Shown: piece by piece, positions 13,080 through 24,853 of the stretch
Layout: every line of letters begins with the position of its first letter
How positions within the stretch are numbered: the stretch's first letter is position 1
Assembly (NCBI GenBank): GCA_964016885.1
Contig: OZ024758.1
Coordinates: 8,494,001-8,558,000, forward strand
Length of the DNA stretch: 64,000 nt
Direction of reading: 5' to 3'
DNA from: Eledone cirrhosa
Taxonomy: Eukaryota
Made by a program: the position numbers and the translations under genes
The notes under the pieces: model-generated
What the model saw: the letters and a program-made list of their open reading frames with translations, nothing else
Databases searched by the model: none
What the model was told of the DNA's origin: nothing

Positions 13080-13280
13080 AGTCGTGTAGGTGACACGACA
13101 AAAAGCACCCAGTCTATACTGTAAAGTGGTTGTGTAGGTGACACGACAAAAAGCACCCAGTCTATACTGTAAAGTGGTTGTGTAGGTGTCACGGCAAAAA
13201 GCACCCAGTCTATACTGTAAAGTGGTTGTGTAGGTGTCACGGCAAAAAGCACCCAGTCTATACTGTAAAGTGGTTGTGTA
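13080..13280 (+). repeat. 48-bp tandem array, 4 copies
   Basis: Unit gtgtaggtgtcacggcaaaaagcacccagtctatactgtaaagtggtt; shares core with 10140 array. Confidence 0.9.
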
Positions 13281-14147
13281 TGTGAGAGTTTGAGGAAGAA
13301 CGAGGTTCCATACATACATACACACACACACAAACATATTAATCTTACAAAAGTCTTTGGTTCATGTAGATTGATATGTAGGAATCTACATAAGTACATG
13401 AGTGTGTTGACCAGACCTAAGATCAAATGCTTCTGATCATAGGTCTGCTAGACCAACGTTGACCTGGGGCTAAACTACAACAACAAGAGCTATACTGCTC
13501 AACAGTGTTTTCTGGAGGTACAGTAGATTATTAACAACCACTGCAAGTGTCATTGATAAAAAACCAGTGAAACAGATTATCAAATAAGATACAGACCCCT
13601 TGGAATGTCTGTAAGGGCAGTAGTCCAGCTTTAATACTGACTTGGTCTCTGTAGACCTGTCCAATCCTTGTTAGCAGGGAAAGTGCTTGTTAAATGATGA
13701 CAATGATTATGATGATGATGATGATAAATTTGTCTTTGAGGATCAAACATCTAGTGAACATAGTTTTTATTCACAAAAAACATTTTATAAAAAAATATAA
13801 TTAATAAAAGCAAAATCACTACTATTAAAAACTTTTTAAAAACTAAAATTTAAAACCAACCAGCAACACTACATCTTCCCACTCAACCCCTATTCAATAT
13901 GAACCCTCTTGAGACTGGCTAATTTGAAATGTCCATATTTAAAATGAAACATCAAAACCACATGAATGAAAATTTGTTCCTTGTTGTTAGTTTGAAGTTA
14001 GTTTAATATGACTAATAAATAGAAAAGCTAAAATTAATTTACTAAACCACTCTAAATTCTTGATTATTTGAGAAATTTATCATAACACATTAGCAGTCTA
14101 TTCTTGTTTTGAAGAGTTCAAAAAGATTAACCCTTTAGCATCCAAAC

Positions 14148-14255
14148 AGGTAGAACTGCTACTTCTCTGAATTGAGAGATCACACCTATGATATTACTGG
14201 TATGTGGTTAGAATGTCTAAGGAAAGAGACACTGGACAGATTTTACTAGTAAACA
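14148..14255 (+). mobile_element. RTE (Rex3-like) LINE fragment
   Basis: gaattgagagatcac...tatgtggttagaatgtct matches 40-420 and 43200-43300. Confidence 0.65.
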
Positions 14256-14329
14256 TGTTTTTCCCTCTCTCTCTTGGTGAAACCTCTAGTGTTGGACATT
14301 CAAGACATTATAGTAACATCAATATTCAC

Positions 14330-14387
14330 TTGAGCTTTTCAATGTCCCCTTGAAATATTATTCTGCTACAGCCTGTGTAGCGATTGA
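14330..14387 (-). CDS. Candidate exon (58 nt, phase 1-2): (V)NRYTGCSRIIFQGDIEKL
   Basis: Strong acceptor cttttatttcacttcatag, donor gtgaat; the only open frame matches flanking exons. Confidence 0.55.
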
Positions 14388-14891
14388 CTATGAAGTGAAA
14401 TAAAAGATAATCTATTATACATACATAGTCATCATCATTATCACTGTTTAATGTCTGTTTTAAACAGTGGTGATGATGATGTGTATATAACAAATAGATT
14501 ATTGACTGTCAAACTATGGAAGGAAATCAAAAACATAATCTATTATAGATGCAACCTATATATTATTTATGTTATTCATAAGACTGGGAAACAGAAATAT
14601 TAAATTAAGTGTGATACCTATCTATCTATCTATCTATATACATATATAATTAATTTGAATATGTGTTAGTTAATCATCATCACTTCCGTATGCAGGGTAG
14701 AGTACTCAACGAAGTACACAAGTGGGTCTGTTTACTCCGGAGTATATTTATAATTATAAAATGAAATACCAGTCATGCACTGGGGTCTATGTAATCGCTG
14801 TTTCCCCACTTCCTCACAAATTGTTAGCTCTGTGCTTAAATTAGAAATAATTGTATCATTGAATATGAAAGGTTCAACAATGTCCACCTAC

Positions 14892-15125
14892 CGTAAGTTC
14901 TTCCAATACCCTTCTCAATCTCATTAGCATATTCCTCGGACATATAGGTAGGAGTGACTTCTGCAGATTTAATATCCTTATTTTCATCAATCTGGCGCAT
15001 ATAACTGTTATTTTGTAGACGACGACCACCACCGCCGCCATCATTGTCACTGGACAGCTGGTTGTTATCAGGTAGAGTGTGGTAATATTTTGTAGATGGT
15101 GACACCAATATAGAAGCTTGTCTAT
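14892..15125 (-). CDS. Candidate exon (234 nt, phase 1-1): (D)RQASILVSPSTKYYHTLPDNNQLSSDNDGGGGGRRLQNNSYMRQIDENKDIKSAEVTPTYMSEEYANEIEKGIGRTY
   Basis: Acceptor gtttttgttttccag, donor ACG|gtaggt, open 78 codons of unique sequence. Confidence 0.7.
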
Positions 15126-15151
15126 CTGGAAAACAAAAACAATAATAAATA

Positions 15152-15208
15152 ATTGTTTCTACTTTTGGCACAAGGCCAGCAATTACCCAGTACATTACTG
15201 GTACTTTA
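15152..15208 (-). mobile_element. 5'-truncated SINE with ~17-bp target-site duplication
   Basis: aaacaataataaataat on both sides of the SINE 3' end. Confidence 0.8.
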
Positions 15209-15408
15209 AAACAATAATAAATAATATCAATTAGTTTATTAATAAAGGCAGTGAATTAACAGAAATGGTAAGACACTGAATTGTGAGAGCCTCTACATGA
15301 TTACTTGACCTGTTAGACATAGTAGACAAATCTACTTCAAAATACACCCTTTGATCTTAAAAAAAAGAGCACATTGAAAAATATAGTTTGAAGTATACTA
15401 TTATTGTA

Positions 15409-15690
15409 GTGGAAGCATGTGGCCTAGTGGTTGGGGTGTTGGACTTATGATCATAATGTCATGGGTTTGATTCCTTGACTGGGTTATGTGTTGTGTTCTT
15501 GAGCAAAACACTTCATTTCACATTGCTCCAGTATACTCAGCTGAACATGAGTACCAGCAATAGATGGGGGTTTAACCCTGCAATGAACTGGCGTCCTGTC
15601 CAAGGGGAAGTCTTATTCTCTCAGTCGCTTCACGCCATGGAAACTGGGCTAAGCACCGGTCTAATGAGCCTCCGGGTTTAAGATAAACTT
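15409..15690 (+). mobile_element. tRNA-derived SINE of a second family (CORE-like)
   Basis: gtggcctagtggtt A-box, gggtttgattcc B-box, tgtgttcttgagcaaaacacttca CORE-like block. Confidence 0.7.
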
Positions 15691-16864
15691 TAGGCTATAC
15701 TATTATTGTAAAAAAAAAAGATGGGATGTTCATGTCTTGAAAGACTTTGATCATAAGGTAAGTCTGCTCAATTAAGGTCAATTTTAGACTAAATAACCAG
15801 TTAACATTAGTACATGAAAGATGAGGGGTTAGCTGATATGGTGCCCTTCATCAATTTACTTCTGAAGAATTTCTAGGTTGCCTTTTATCCATTTAAAGGC
15901 TCTTACTTCTGACTGCTACTGGTACCGTGTAACTCATACAACCTGATTCATGGCTGAGTGGTTGGCAACTAAACCAGCTCCTGTCACCAGACCCTGGTCT
16001 GGTAGGGAGCGTGAAGCCTCAGCAGCATAAAAAACAAGAGGTTAAAAGGGCAGATGAACTCCTTGGAGTCAATGGCCATCCACCCCAACTATGGGTTAAA
16101 TAGCCTCACCAACCCACAATTGGCCAAGCATGTTGAGTACGGCTACACCCCTGACATGACCAAAATCAAACAGAAAGTGGTGGGGGGTCAACCAGGGAGG
16201 GTTTTCTCCATTAAGAGTGAGAAAGCCCTGGATTGGACAAGAATACTAGAACAGATGAGCTTTCAAAGAATTCAATACCCGGAAATTACCATCCTCCAAA
16301 TACTATATGAAGACTTTGGGGTTATGTGACACAAGCACAGAACATATCTACAACGCTTGGACCTAATTTGACTACACCTCATTCAACCTAGACATAAATT
16401 CGCAAAATCTGAGACATTCATGCAGCCACTTCTGAAGGGCCAGACAATCTAAGCAGATAGACTTTAAATCACCTGACAGCTGATAGATCATTTACTATTG
16501 AAAAGAACCAGCTGTACTGGTACATTAAATACAACCTACTGGGGTTTCCTCAACGAATTCAAACAGAATTTTCTAAAGCAGAAAGAACACAAATTTTTCA
16601 TAACTGGAGAAAGGATCATTATTTCTGAGCTTTTCAGGGATAAGAAGGCTAAAACCCAGGGATTATGGCATCAACTTGTGCATCTTCTGGGTGTTTTTTC
16701 ATAATGGCATCAGCACTACCATGTTACAGGGTGGACTGGGTACAAAGAAAGGGCCAATCACTAACAATATGTCAGAGTAATTTCAATCAAGTTGCCTGTC
16801 ACTTCTCCCCATAGATTTATAATTTTGAAGCAATTAATTAAGTAATCATTATCTGTTAACCTAT

Positions 16865-17832
16865 AGCAGTGGATTTGTAAAGTTGGTAGAGCATTAGCCA
16901 AATGTTTCACAGCATTTGTTCCAACTCTTCACATTCAGAGTTCAAATCCTGTCAAGGTCAACTTTGCCTTTCATCCTTCCAGGGTTGACAAAATAAAGCA
17001 CCATTTAAGTACTAGGGTCAGTAAAATCAACTTTCCTCTGTGGTTTCAGACAGGCTGGTATAGAGAGGGTTAATATTCTCATCCAGATTTCTGGTCTTGT
17101 GCCTATATCAGAAATTATTATTATAGGATAGTCAAGGGCGGTGAATTGGTAGTATCAGTCGAGCGTCAGACGTTTTACAGCATAGAGTTATGGCCTTTTA
17201 CATTCTGAGTTCAAATCTTGCCAAGGTTAGCTTTGCCTTTCATTCTTACTGGGTTGATAAAATAAAGTCCCAGTAAAGCACAGGGGCCGATTTAATTGAC
17301 ATTCCCTTTCCCCAAAATTGTTGGACCTGTGCCTAAATAAAAAACCATTATTATAGGATAAAGAAGGGCATTGGATTGGCAGAATTGGTAGAGCATTAAA
17401 CAACATGATTTGTCGCATATAGTTACAGTCCTTTATGTTCTGAGTTCAAATTCCGCTAAGGTTAGTTTTGCCTTTCATCCTTAAAGGGTAGGGTAGGTAT
17501 GTTAAAGTCCTAGTAAAAGAACTGGGGATTTAATCGAAATTCCCCTTTCCCAAAATTGTTGCCCTTGTGCCTAAATCAGAGACCATTATAGGATTGTGGG
17601 TTGACAGAATCGTTAGAGTGTTAACAGTATTTGGTTAGCTTGTTTTCAGTTCAAATCCCACTGGGATCAACTTTATCTTTCACCTTTCTGTAGCTCACTA
17701 AAATAAAGTACCAGTGAAGTACTGGGAGAGAGTGGGGGTGGAATCATGTATCACTTTTTCTCTGGAAGTAATTAACTGTGGTTAGAACTCATGAGAGATC
17801 AGCTCTGTCAGGTTTTAAATGTCCAAGATACA
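16865..17832 (+). mobile_element. Four diverged SINE copies head-to-tail
   Basis: B-box (g)agttcaaat plus ctttgcctttcat core at ~16940, 17210, 17445, 17650, separated by attattatagga tails. Confidence 0.8.
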
Positions 17833-17840
17833 CTGTATAT

Positions 17841-18109
17841 CAGGCATGTCAAACTGAGGAAGCCACGAGGGTCACGTCTGTGTTGTCTGACGGCCACACA
17901 CGACAACTAATTGCGCACAATACAACTATTTTTTTAAAATTTTATATTATGAAGATAAAACATGCTCATGCTGTAAAAACCTTTTTGCAGGCCTCAGGTG
18001 TGCTTGTAAAGGGCCGCATGTTTGACATGCTTCAGGTGTGCTTGTAAAGGGCCGCATGTTTGACATGCCTCAGGTCAGCTTGTAAAGGGCCGCATGTTTG
18101 ACATGCCTG
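17841..18109. mobile_element. hAT-type MITE with 8-bp TSD
   Basis: TIRs caggcatgtcaaac / gtttgacatgcctg; TSD ctgtatat at 17833-17840 and 18110-18117. Confidence 0.9.
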
Positions 18110-18204
18110 CTGTATATCATGACAGCATCTCTATTACTTCACCAGGAGTTGAGAGCCAAAGACAAGGTAACTCAATCCTTGTAGAGTGAACCGGGTAGTT
18201 TTTT

Positions 18205-18435
18205 AAGGAACAGTCTAAGTGGCCGGTCCCGGCAAAATAGACAAACATGATTTTAAAGTTTATTTTAATGGTAAATCCTAAAGGGACGCAACTCTAGCCG
18301 GGGGTCTTGGAAGCTTAGTGTTTTAGAACCCAGGTAGCGACTATCTTTAACACAGGTCGTGACTTTCTGACACTCTTACCGGCTAAATAGCCAGGGAGTC
18401 TATTTTACCGGGACCGGCTATATAGCCTCTTCCTT
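18205..18435. mobile_element. MITE-like element with ~38-bp imperfect terminal inverted repeats
   Basis: aaggaa..gccggtcccggcaaaatagac versus gtctattttaccgggaccggc..ttcctt. Confidence 0.65.
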
Positions 18436-19343
18436 TTTTTAATGATAAATCACGATAACATTACAAATTAGTTGTCAACTTAACATTAATAAGAACTTTT
18501 AATTAACTACAGGTATATTTATTCAAGTAGAGTGGCCAAGGACAACCCCGATCCAGTGGATCTATGATTGAAGGTATTCCAGCCATGACCATCCCATCAT
18601 TTTATCGAACATTGCATATCTATGACTAAAATTATCAAATCGTTTTACATGATGGTAGGATGTAATTTGAAGGGCGTTTTGGCTATTATTTTTAGCAGGT
18701 CAAGCGAACACATTGAGGTGCCCTTGCTGACTTGTGACTAGGTTAGTGCAGTCACAAGGAGGTATAATGGACCAATTAGTCTGGGGCTAAATGAAGTGCT
18801 AACGAGACCTTTTATTTGTTATAACGAAATAACAGTTTTCATTTATAAATATTATTTTAATGCGACGTTTTCTGTTGTGGTGGTGGTGGAGGTGTTGTTT
18901 ATTTCTATAATACTGCAATTACAATACTTGTAATAACGAAATAACTACTATTGTTGTTATTTAGCCATAGGTCGACCCTGATGGAGCAGACCTATGATCA
19001 AAGACATTCCCACTCGTCTTTATATATATATATACATATACATATATAGGATTTTGGCTGCTATTTCTAGCAAGTTGAACGACAAAGTGCAGGCACCCTT
19101 GTTGGCTCGTAATTACTATATTGTAGAAGTGTAAAATCATGAATGTCATGAAATCCATTATATCTACTTCCTTATATATCCGATGTCGTGTGGAGCTTAT
19201 TTAAGAAGTAAACATTAAGCCTGATTTAAATGAAAGATAGAAGATACATCGAATAATAACAGGTAATTAGAATTTACTTGAAATACACATTAAGACAGAT
19301 ATGTGTATATATATTTACACAGTGGTTATTGCTGTCGACTTAC

Positions 19344-19396
19344 CTAGATTATATTGTAATTGTGTTACCGTTGTCAGTCTATAGCAGCGCAAAATT
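19344..19396 (-). CDS. Candidate exon (53 nt, phase 2-1): (Q)ILRCYRLTTVTQLQYNL
   Basis: Consensus donor TAG|gtaagt, acceptor gtgtttag; single open frame bridging 20911-20971 and 14892-15125. Confidence 0.5.
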
Positions 19397-19589
19397 CTAA
19401 ACACATGCTTGCAAATAGACGACGACATGTTGGTGTGTTGCTAATCGACTTAAATATTATTGAAGAGGTAATCTAGGGGAAATAACTCTGCGGACTTATT
19501 TTATCTCTGACGTCCTACCAAAAAGAAGGTCATTGTTTAACACACACACACACTCTCTCTCTTTCTCTCCCAGTGTTTGTCTGAGAGAC

Positions 19590-19860
19590 GGGAAGGTAGC
19601 GAATCGACAGAGCCATTAAGACGTCAGATTTGTTCCGGCTCACTGCGTTCTGAGTTCAAATCCCGCCGAGGTTAACTTTGCCTTTCATCCTGTCGAGGTC
19701 GATAAATAAAGTACTAATCCAGTAGTGACTTTGATTCTTTCTCTCTAGAAGAAATCAGTTGTGTTTCGACTTGCAGAGAGATGGGCTACGCCAGGTTCGA
19801 AATGCCCCAAACACGGTGTGTGTCAAAACTACGTCCCCTACCACCCCGACAGGACTTCAG
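19590..19860 (+). mobile_element. tRNA-derived SINE plus tail
   Basis: ctgagttcaaatcccgccgaggttaactttgcctttcatcc. Confidence 0.8.
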
Positions 19861-20059
19861 AGTCCCTTCCTTACTCTCAGGTCCAAAATAATAGGCGGTG
19901 GGGTGATATAAGCAGAGGGGTTGGAAAATCGGTTAATATTCCTTATAGCGGCAGATAGCAACTTTATTTGATGTAAAAGCCAAAATTAATAATGGTTTCT
20001 TATATATATATATTTTGGTTTCTTATATAAAGCCAAAATTAATAATGATATATAAATAA

Positions 20060-20270
20060 TTTGGCTTTTTCACCTGACAACCGAATGCTGAAGCTGGCGC
20101 ATTACTGCATCAGCTATTGCAAATCATGCATTTCATTCAGCCTCCTGCCTTTCATCACTTGTAAACACGGCCCCAAGATACTTGCACTTCTGCTTCAGTG
20201 GAACTCCACTCACATGTATAGTGCACTGCGCAGGCTTCCTTGAGGGCCGGTAGTGGTAGACTGTACTATC
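20060..20270 (-). mobile_element. RTE (Rex3-like) RT-thumb fragment
   Basis: IHVSGVPLKQKCKYLGAVFTSDERQEAE...AVMRQLQHSVV. Confidence 0.7.
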
Positions 20271-20910
20271 TGTATTGAATAAACAGCAGACATGTTCATT
20301 AAAATAAAAAATAACGTGCATTCCAGAAATCTAGAAGATTATTATTGTACTCTAGCCTGAGTCATTTTAAGGCACGGGTTTGCCGGGCAGGTGTGTGCGG
20401 GGTAGGAGCAGTTTTGAAGGTAAGGAAGTGCCCATGGTTTTCATATGCTGCCAGGGGACAGAGAGAAATCAATGTTGTTCAAGTTCCACTCCTTGAAAGA
20501 CATGGATAGAGAGGGAGTCCCTCAGGCCGATGATCCGGGAAGGAAGTCTTTCACCTATTTGTGGCAAAACCCTACCATTTTTAGTAATATTAACAAAATA
20601 TCTCAAAATTTATAAACAAAATAAAAAATGACTTTGCATAAATTGTCCCTTTTACATGAAAAGGGTGGCAATGTTTTATTATAATCCTTCTCAATGGCCT
20701 CACTAACTGGATTAACTCATTCTCAATAATGAACCACTTCATTCCATTTCTAAGAAACTTTTATTCTCTTCTTTGTAAATAGTGTATCATACTTTTTTCT
20801 GTTATGAACCTTTTCGATATTTTAAATTTACACACAGCTAGTGAAATAAATGATAAGAAAAAAATCACCTAGTAATTGGTAGAGTCCATCTGATGAGCTG
20901 TACCAATTAC

Positions 20911-20971
20911 TGTCTTCGAAATGTATCACAGAGCTTTGGTACTCGCAGACCTCGCATTCTTCGTTCCGTTG
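20911..20971 (-). CDS. Candidate exon (61 nt, phase 1-2): (P)TERRMRGLRVPKLCDTFRR
   Basis: Donor CA|gtaatt, weak acceptor acacacag; phases fit both neighbours; an alternative frame/boundary exists. Confidence 0.35.
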
Positions 20972-21269
20972 CTGTGTGTTTAATTTGTGTAAAAATACTC
21001 TTAGTGTGTTTCCATTTTCACTGAACTTGAAATAAATATTGCTAAAGATTGAAATGTGTTTCGGATTACCGTAGATTTTTGTCATACATCACAGCAAAAA
21101 AAACAAACTTTTGACAATAGTCGTTGGGACTTTAGGCACTTGTTACATAGCATTCTGCATTATGAAAATTTGTTTACAACATTAATTTCAATGGTTGAAT
21201 CTTATCTGCTTTCCTCGTAGTATTTCATCACCGGTGTCATAAAGTTACTGTAGTAGTCAGTATACTACA

Positions 21270-21540
21270 ACATACTCAATGGAGAGTGCCGTCAGCCACT
21301 TCAAATTGTTTAGCAACGACGGTCCTCATCCCAAAATTTGCGAATTTTGTCGACCAGCTTTGGTGTCCTGATGTCCCTCTCCCTGCCACAGCTCTCGTCA
21401 TCCCTCACCGGCGGAAAACAGTCGCCCGACTCATGAAAGTTAATCGGTAAGCAGTTTCGACCACAAAACTTTATTACACATGTTCCCACGTCCCGACTGC
21501 ATTGTGGAACCAGTCAGCTGTGACAAGATGTGTATGAGGG
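21270..21540 (-). mobile_element. Degenerate mariner transposase N-terminal (HTH) fragment
   Basis: VRDDESCGRERDIRTPKLVDKIRKFWDEDRR..KQFEV resembles the mariner DDERSGRP linker and second HTH. Confidence 0.65.
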
Positions 21541-21799
21541 GTAGTGTTTAAAATGCAGCCTGGAAAAATGATATGTCATGTTAGGTTATAACCATACCAA
21601 GGATGCATTATATTGACAGTTATGTAGATCAATTAAAAGTGGCTGAAAAGAAAGTCTCAAAACTTCTTGAGTGTACCTCGTACTGACGACAATGAAATTT
21701 CGCAGTTTATCGTTTATTACATCTCGCAGGTTATTCAGCTCTTTGCCAAATTTTGACACTATGTAGAATAATTGAAGAAATCAAATACTGTAAGTTTAA

Positions 21800-22020
21800 A
21801 AGTTTTTATTTTTATTGACTTCAGCAAAGCTTTTGATAGAAGCCTCGGGTTAGAAATTCTTGGTTTCTATGATATCCCTCAAGATATAACCGAAGTTATC
21901 AAGGTCATATATACTAACACTTCTGCAACAATCTACACCCCCGGATGGAGAGTCCCAACCCATAAACATCAAAGCTGGTATTTTTCAAGGAGATACTCTG
22001 GCTGCTTTTCTTTTCACTAG
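21800..22020 (+). mobile_element. Non-LTR reverse transcriptase fragment (RTE-like)
   Basis: FIDFSKAFD...EILGFYDIP...IKVIYTNTSATIYTP then frameshifted AGIFQGDTLAAFLF. Confidence 0.8.
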
Positions 22021-22035
22021 TCACATTCGTTTTGT

Positions 22036-22093
<58 letters not shown>

Positions 22094-22096
<3 letters not shown>

Positions 22097-22300
22097 AACG
22101 AGTAGGATCCCGACGGCTGAGCTCAAGCCGTTTCGACGGCTAATTCTGGACTAAATGATGTAGTCCAGAATTAGCCGTCGAAACGGCTTGAGCACAGCCG
22201 TCGGGGTCCTACTCGTTCCTATTACCCACTCTACTACCCTAAGTATTGAGTACTTTGGTGCGTTATGGTCCACCTGGTTCCTTACCACATTTCCTTCGTT
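22094..22300 (+). mobile_element. Fold-back element in (TA)n, Penelope-like terminus family, copy 1
   Basis: ~60-bp arms aggaacgagtagga.cccgacggctgagctcaagccgtttcgacggctaattctggacta and its reverse complement, plus 80-bp tail ending ccttcgtt(at)n. Confidence 0.6.
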
Positions 22301-22304
22301 ATAT

Positions 22305-22404
22305 ATATATAAGATCAAAAGATGGTTAAAAGAGTTCCATGTATTTTATTATGCGCATAATAACATACATGGAACTCTTTTAACCATCTTTTGATCTTAT
22401 ATAT
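22305..22404. repeat. Near-perfect 100-bp palindrome
   Basis: Centre atgcgcat; arms atataagatcaaaagatggttaaaagagttccatgtat.ttatt with one mismatch. Confidence 0.9.
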
Positions 22405-22794
22405 TATGTATACTCCAGTCCTACAAACTGTAGAGTGCTACTTCTCCGATATCTGCATTGCTTTATTGTACTACAATAAAACTCACCTCCTACATATAAA
22501 TATATATATATATATATATTAAAGTACCACATATATCTTTCTTTATTGAACCACATTAAATCAAAAATGTTCATAAATTTTAGATAATAAACCTAAATTA
22601 TAAAACTGTAATTCTATTATAATATAATATCGATTTGAATATTTTTTCTTTTGGTCTTTGTATTCGAATTTCGAATTTGTTCAGAGGAACAAAACATGGC
22701 ATAAAAAGGAATGACACAGTGAACTAGACTTTGGCTAATTGATTGAAATTATATATATACACACACACACACTATACTCGACCCCAATATATAA

Positions 22795-22829
<35 letters not shown>

Positions 22830-22833
22830 GCAC

Positions 22834-22867
<34 letters not shown>

Positions 22868-22902
22868 GCACGTATGTGTGTATATATATATATATATGCA
22901 CA

Positions 22903-22961
<59 letters not shown>

Positions 22962-22967
22962 ACACAC

Positions 22968-23006
<39 letters not shown>

Positions 23007-23199
23007 AATGTATATATATATGTACGTGTGCATACTTACATTTATGTATCCACTATGGTAGGGCAACAAATAAAATTCTAATTTTATTTCTAATATTCAG
23101 CAAGGCCAGCCGTAACTCGCTCAGTATGCAAATGAGGTTACTCAGCCGATGTGTACTTAAGAAAATACTATATATTTTCAACCGTTCAATAGACTGGCA

Positions 23200-23254
23200 G
23201 AGGGATACAGTCCTGATGAAGGGTAATGACCCTGAAACATGTTGATTGTTCCTC
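23200..23254 (+). ncRNA. Minimal type I hammerhead ribozyme motif
   Basis: Stem I acagtc/gattgt, CTGATGA, stem II agggt-aatg-accct, GAAA, palindromic ACATGT stem III, GUU cleavage triplet. Confidence 0.7.
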
Positions 23255-23490
23255 AAAGCCAGTGTTAAACAAACAGGTGACGATAGGTCACTGGTACGGC
23301 TCAGCTTTAATCGGGCCGTTTGTTTACAAACGAATCAAACATTATTATACCAGTAATGCACTGGGTAATTGCTGGCCTTGTGCCTAACGTAGAAACAATT
23401 ATTAATGTTTGATATAACCCAAACATATGTATATATGTGTGTGCGTATGTATATATATATATATATATACATGTGTGTACGTGTGCATAG

Positions 23491-23533
<43 letters not shown>

Positions 23534-23886
23534 CACATATATACACATATACACACATACATATATGCGCATACATACATAAATATACAATCTATGTGTG
23601 AACATATATACACATATACACACGCACATACACATTTCACAAACATATATATATATATATATACGCATACATACATAAATCTACAATCTATCTGTGAACA
23701 TATATACACACTGACAATTCACAAACATACATATACATACACACACTATGAAAAACTGAATGTAAAATTTGAAATATAACTCTATGAAATGTGATGTTAT
23801 AAGACGTAAAACTAATATAAGAACTAAATATACAATATAAATTGGATATTAAAATATAGGTGACCTAACATAAATATATGTATATA

Positions 23887-24008
23887 ATTGTTTCTAAGTT
23901 AGGCACAAGGCCAGCAATTACCCAGTGCATTACTGGTACTTTATTTTATCGACCCCGTTAGGATGAAACGCAAAGTTAACCTTGGCGGGATTTGAACTCA
24001 GAATGGCA
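23887..24008 (-). mobile_element. 5'-truncated SINE
   Basis: Same family as 5194-5376. Confidence 0.8.
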
Positions 24009-24011
24009 ATG

Positions 24012-24094
<83 letters not shown>

Positions 24095-24096
<2 letters not shown>

Positions 24097-24259
24097 CGAA
24101 GGAAATGTGGTAAGGAACCAGGTGGACCATAACGCACCAAAGTACTCAATACTTAGGGTAGTAGAGTGGGTAATAGGAACGAGTAGGACCCCGACGGCTA
24201 ATTCTCAGAATTAGCCGTCGAAACGGCTTGAGCTCAGCCGTCGGGGTCCTACTCGTTCC

Positions 24260-24261
<2 letters not shown>
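24095..24261 (-). mobile_element. Fold-back Penelope-like terminus family, copy 2 (inverted relative to copy 1)
   Basis: aacgaaggaaatgtggtaaggaaccaggtggaccataacgcaccaaagtactcaatac is the reverse complement of the copy 1 tail. Confidence 0.6.
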
Positions 24262-24296
<35 letters not shown>

Positions 24297-24316
24297 ATGA
24301 ATGTTTAGTGACCTAC

Positions 24317-24374
24317 GTTGTGATGGCTCTTGAATACATTCTCCGTACGTTGTTTGGCTCAGTTCAGCCAATCG
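24317..24374 (-). CDS. Candidate exon (58 nt, phase 0-1): RLAELSQTTYGECIQEPSQ
   Basis: Acceptor catctccctccgctggtag, donor AAC|gtaggt; single open frame. Confidence 0.5.
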
Positions 24375-24676
24375 CTACCAGCGGAGGGAGATGTATTTCA
24401 ACTTCTTTGGAAAGGGAAAAATTCCCGCTTCTATTCGAAAATCTCTCTCTTGCAGTTCGACACCGTCAAGCTAAACATCTCTTGCTTTCGTTCCTCAAGC
24501 ATAGACAATATGTAGCAATAAATATCACTACGGGTTTGGCTAACGCCTCAGCCAGTTGACCGTACCTCCTTAAACTCTTAATTTGTCTATTCACTTCATT
24601 ATGGCATGCCAACTAAACCTTTGTAATCGGTTTGTAAATAAACTATATATTATAAACATTATAAAGTCGTATGATG

Positions 24677-24853
24677 GATTGGTAGTATCGGTAGAGGGTC
24701 GGACGCCATGCTTTCCAGCATAGTTACGTCCCTTTACGATCTGAGTTCAAATCCCGCCGAGGTTGACTTTGCCTTTCACCCTTACGGGGTCGACAAAATA
24801 AAGTACCAGTAATGCACTGGGTAATTGCTGGCCTTGTGCCAAAAGTAGAAACA
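24677..24853 (+). mobile_element. Full-length SINE with 19-bp TSD
   Basis: attataaagtcgtatgatg at 24658-24676 and 24854-24872. Confidence 0.9.

Noticed and set aside
15930-16760. Possible LINE 5' region or coding exon
   Set aside because: Short ORFs without recognisable motifs; cannot classify from sequence alone
20888-20930. Hammerhead-like ctgatgag...cgaaa
   Set aside because: No stem II or stem I complementarity
20870-21025. Alternative exon FSENGNTLRVFLHKL...LYQLL (phase 0-1)
   Set aside because: Phase conflicts with neighbouring candidates 24317 and 19344; kept only as a possible alternative
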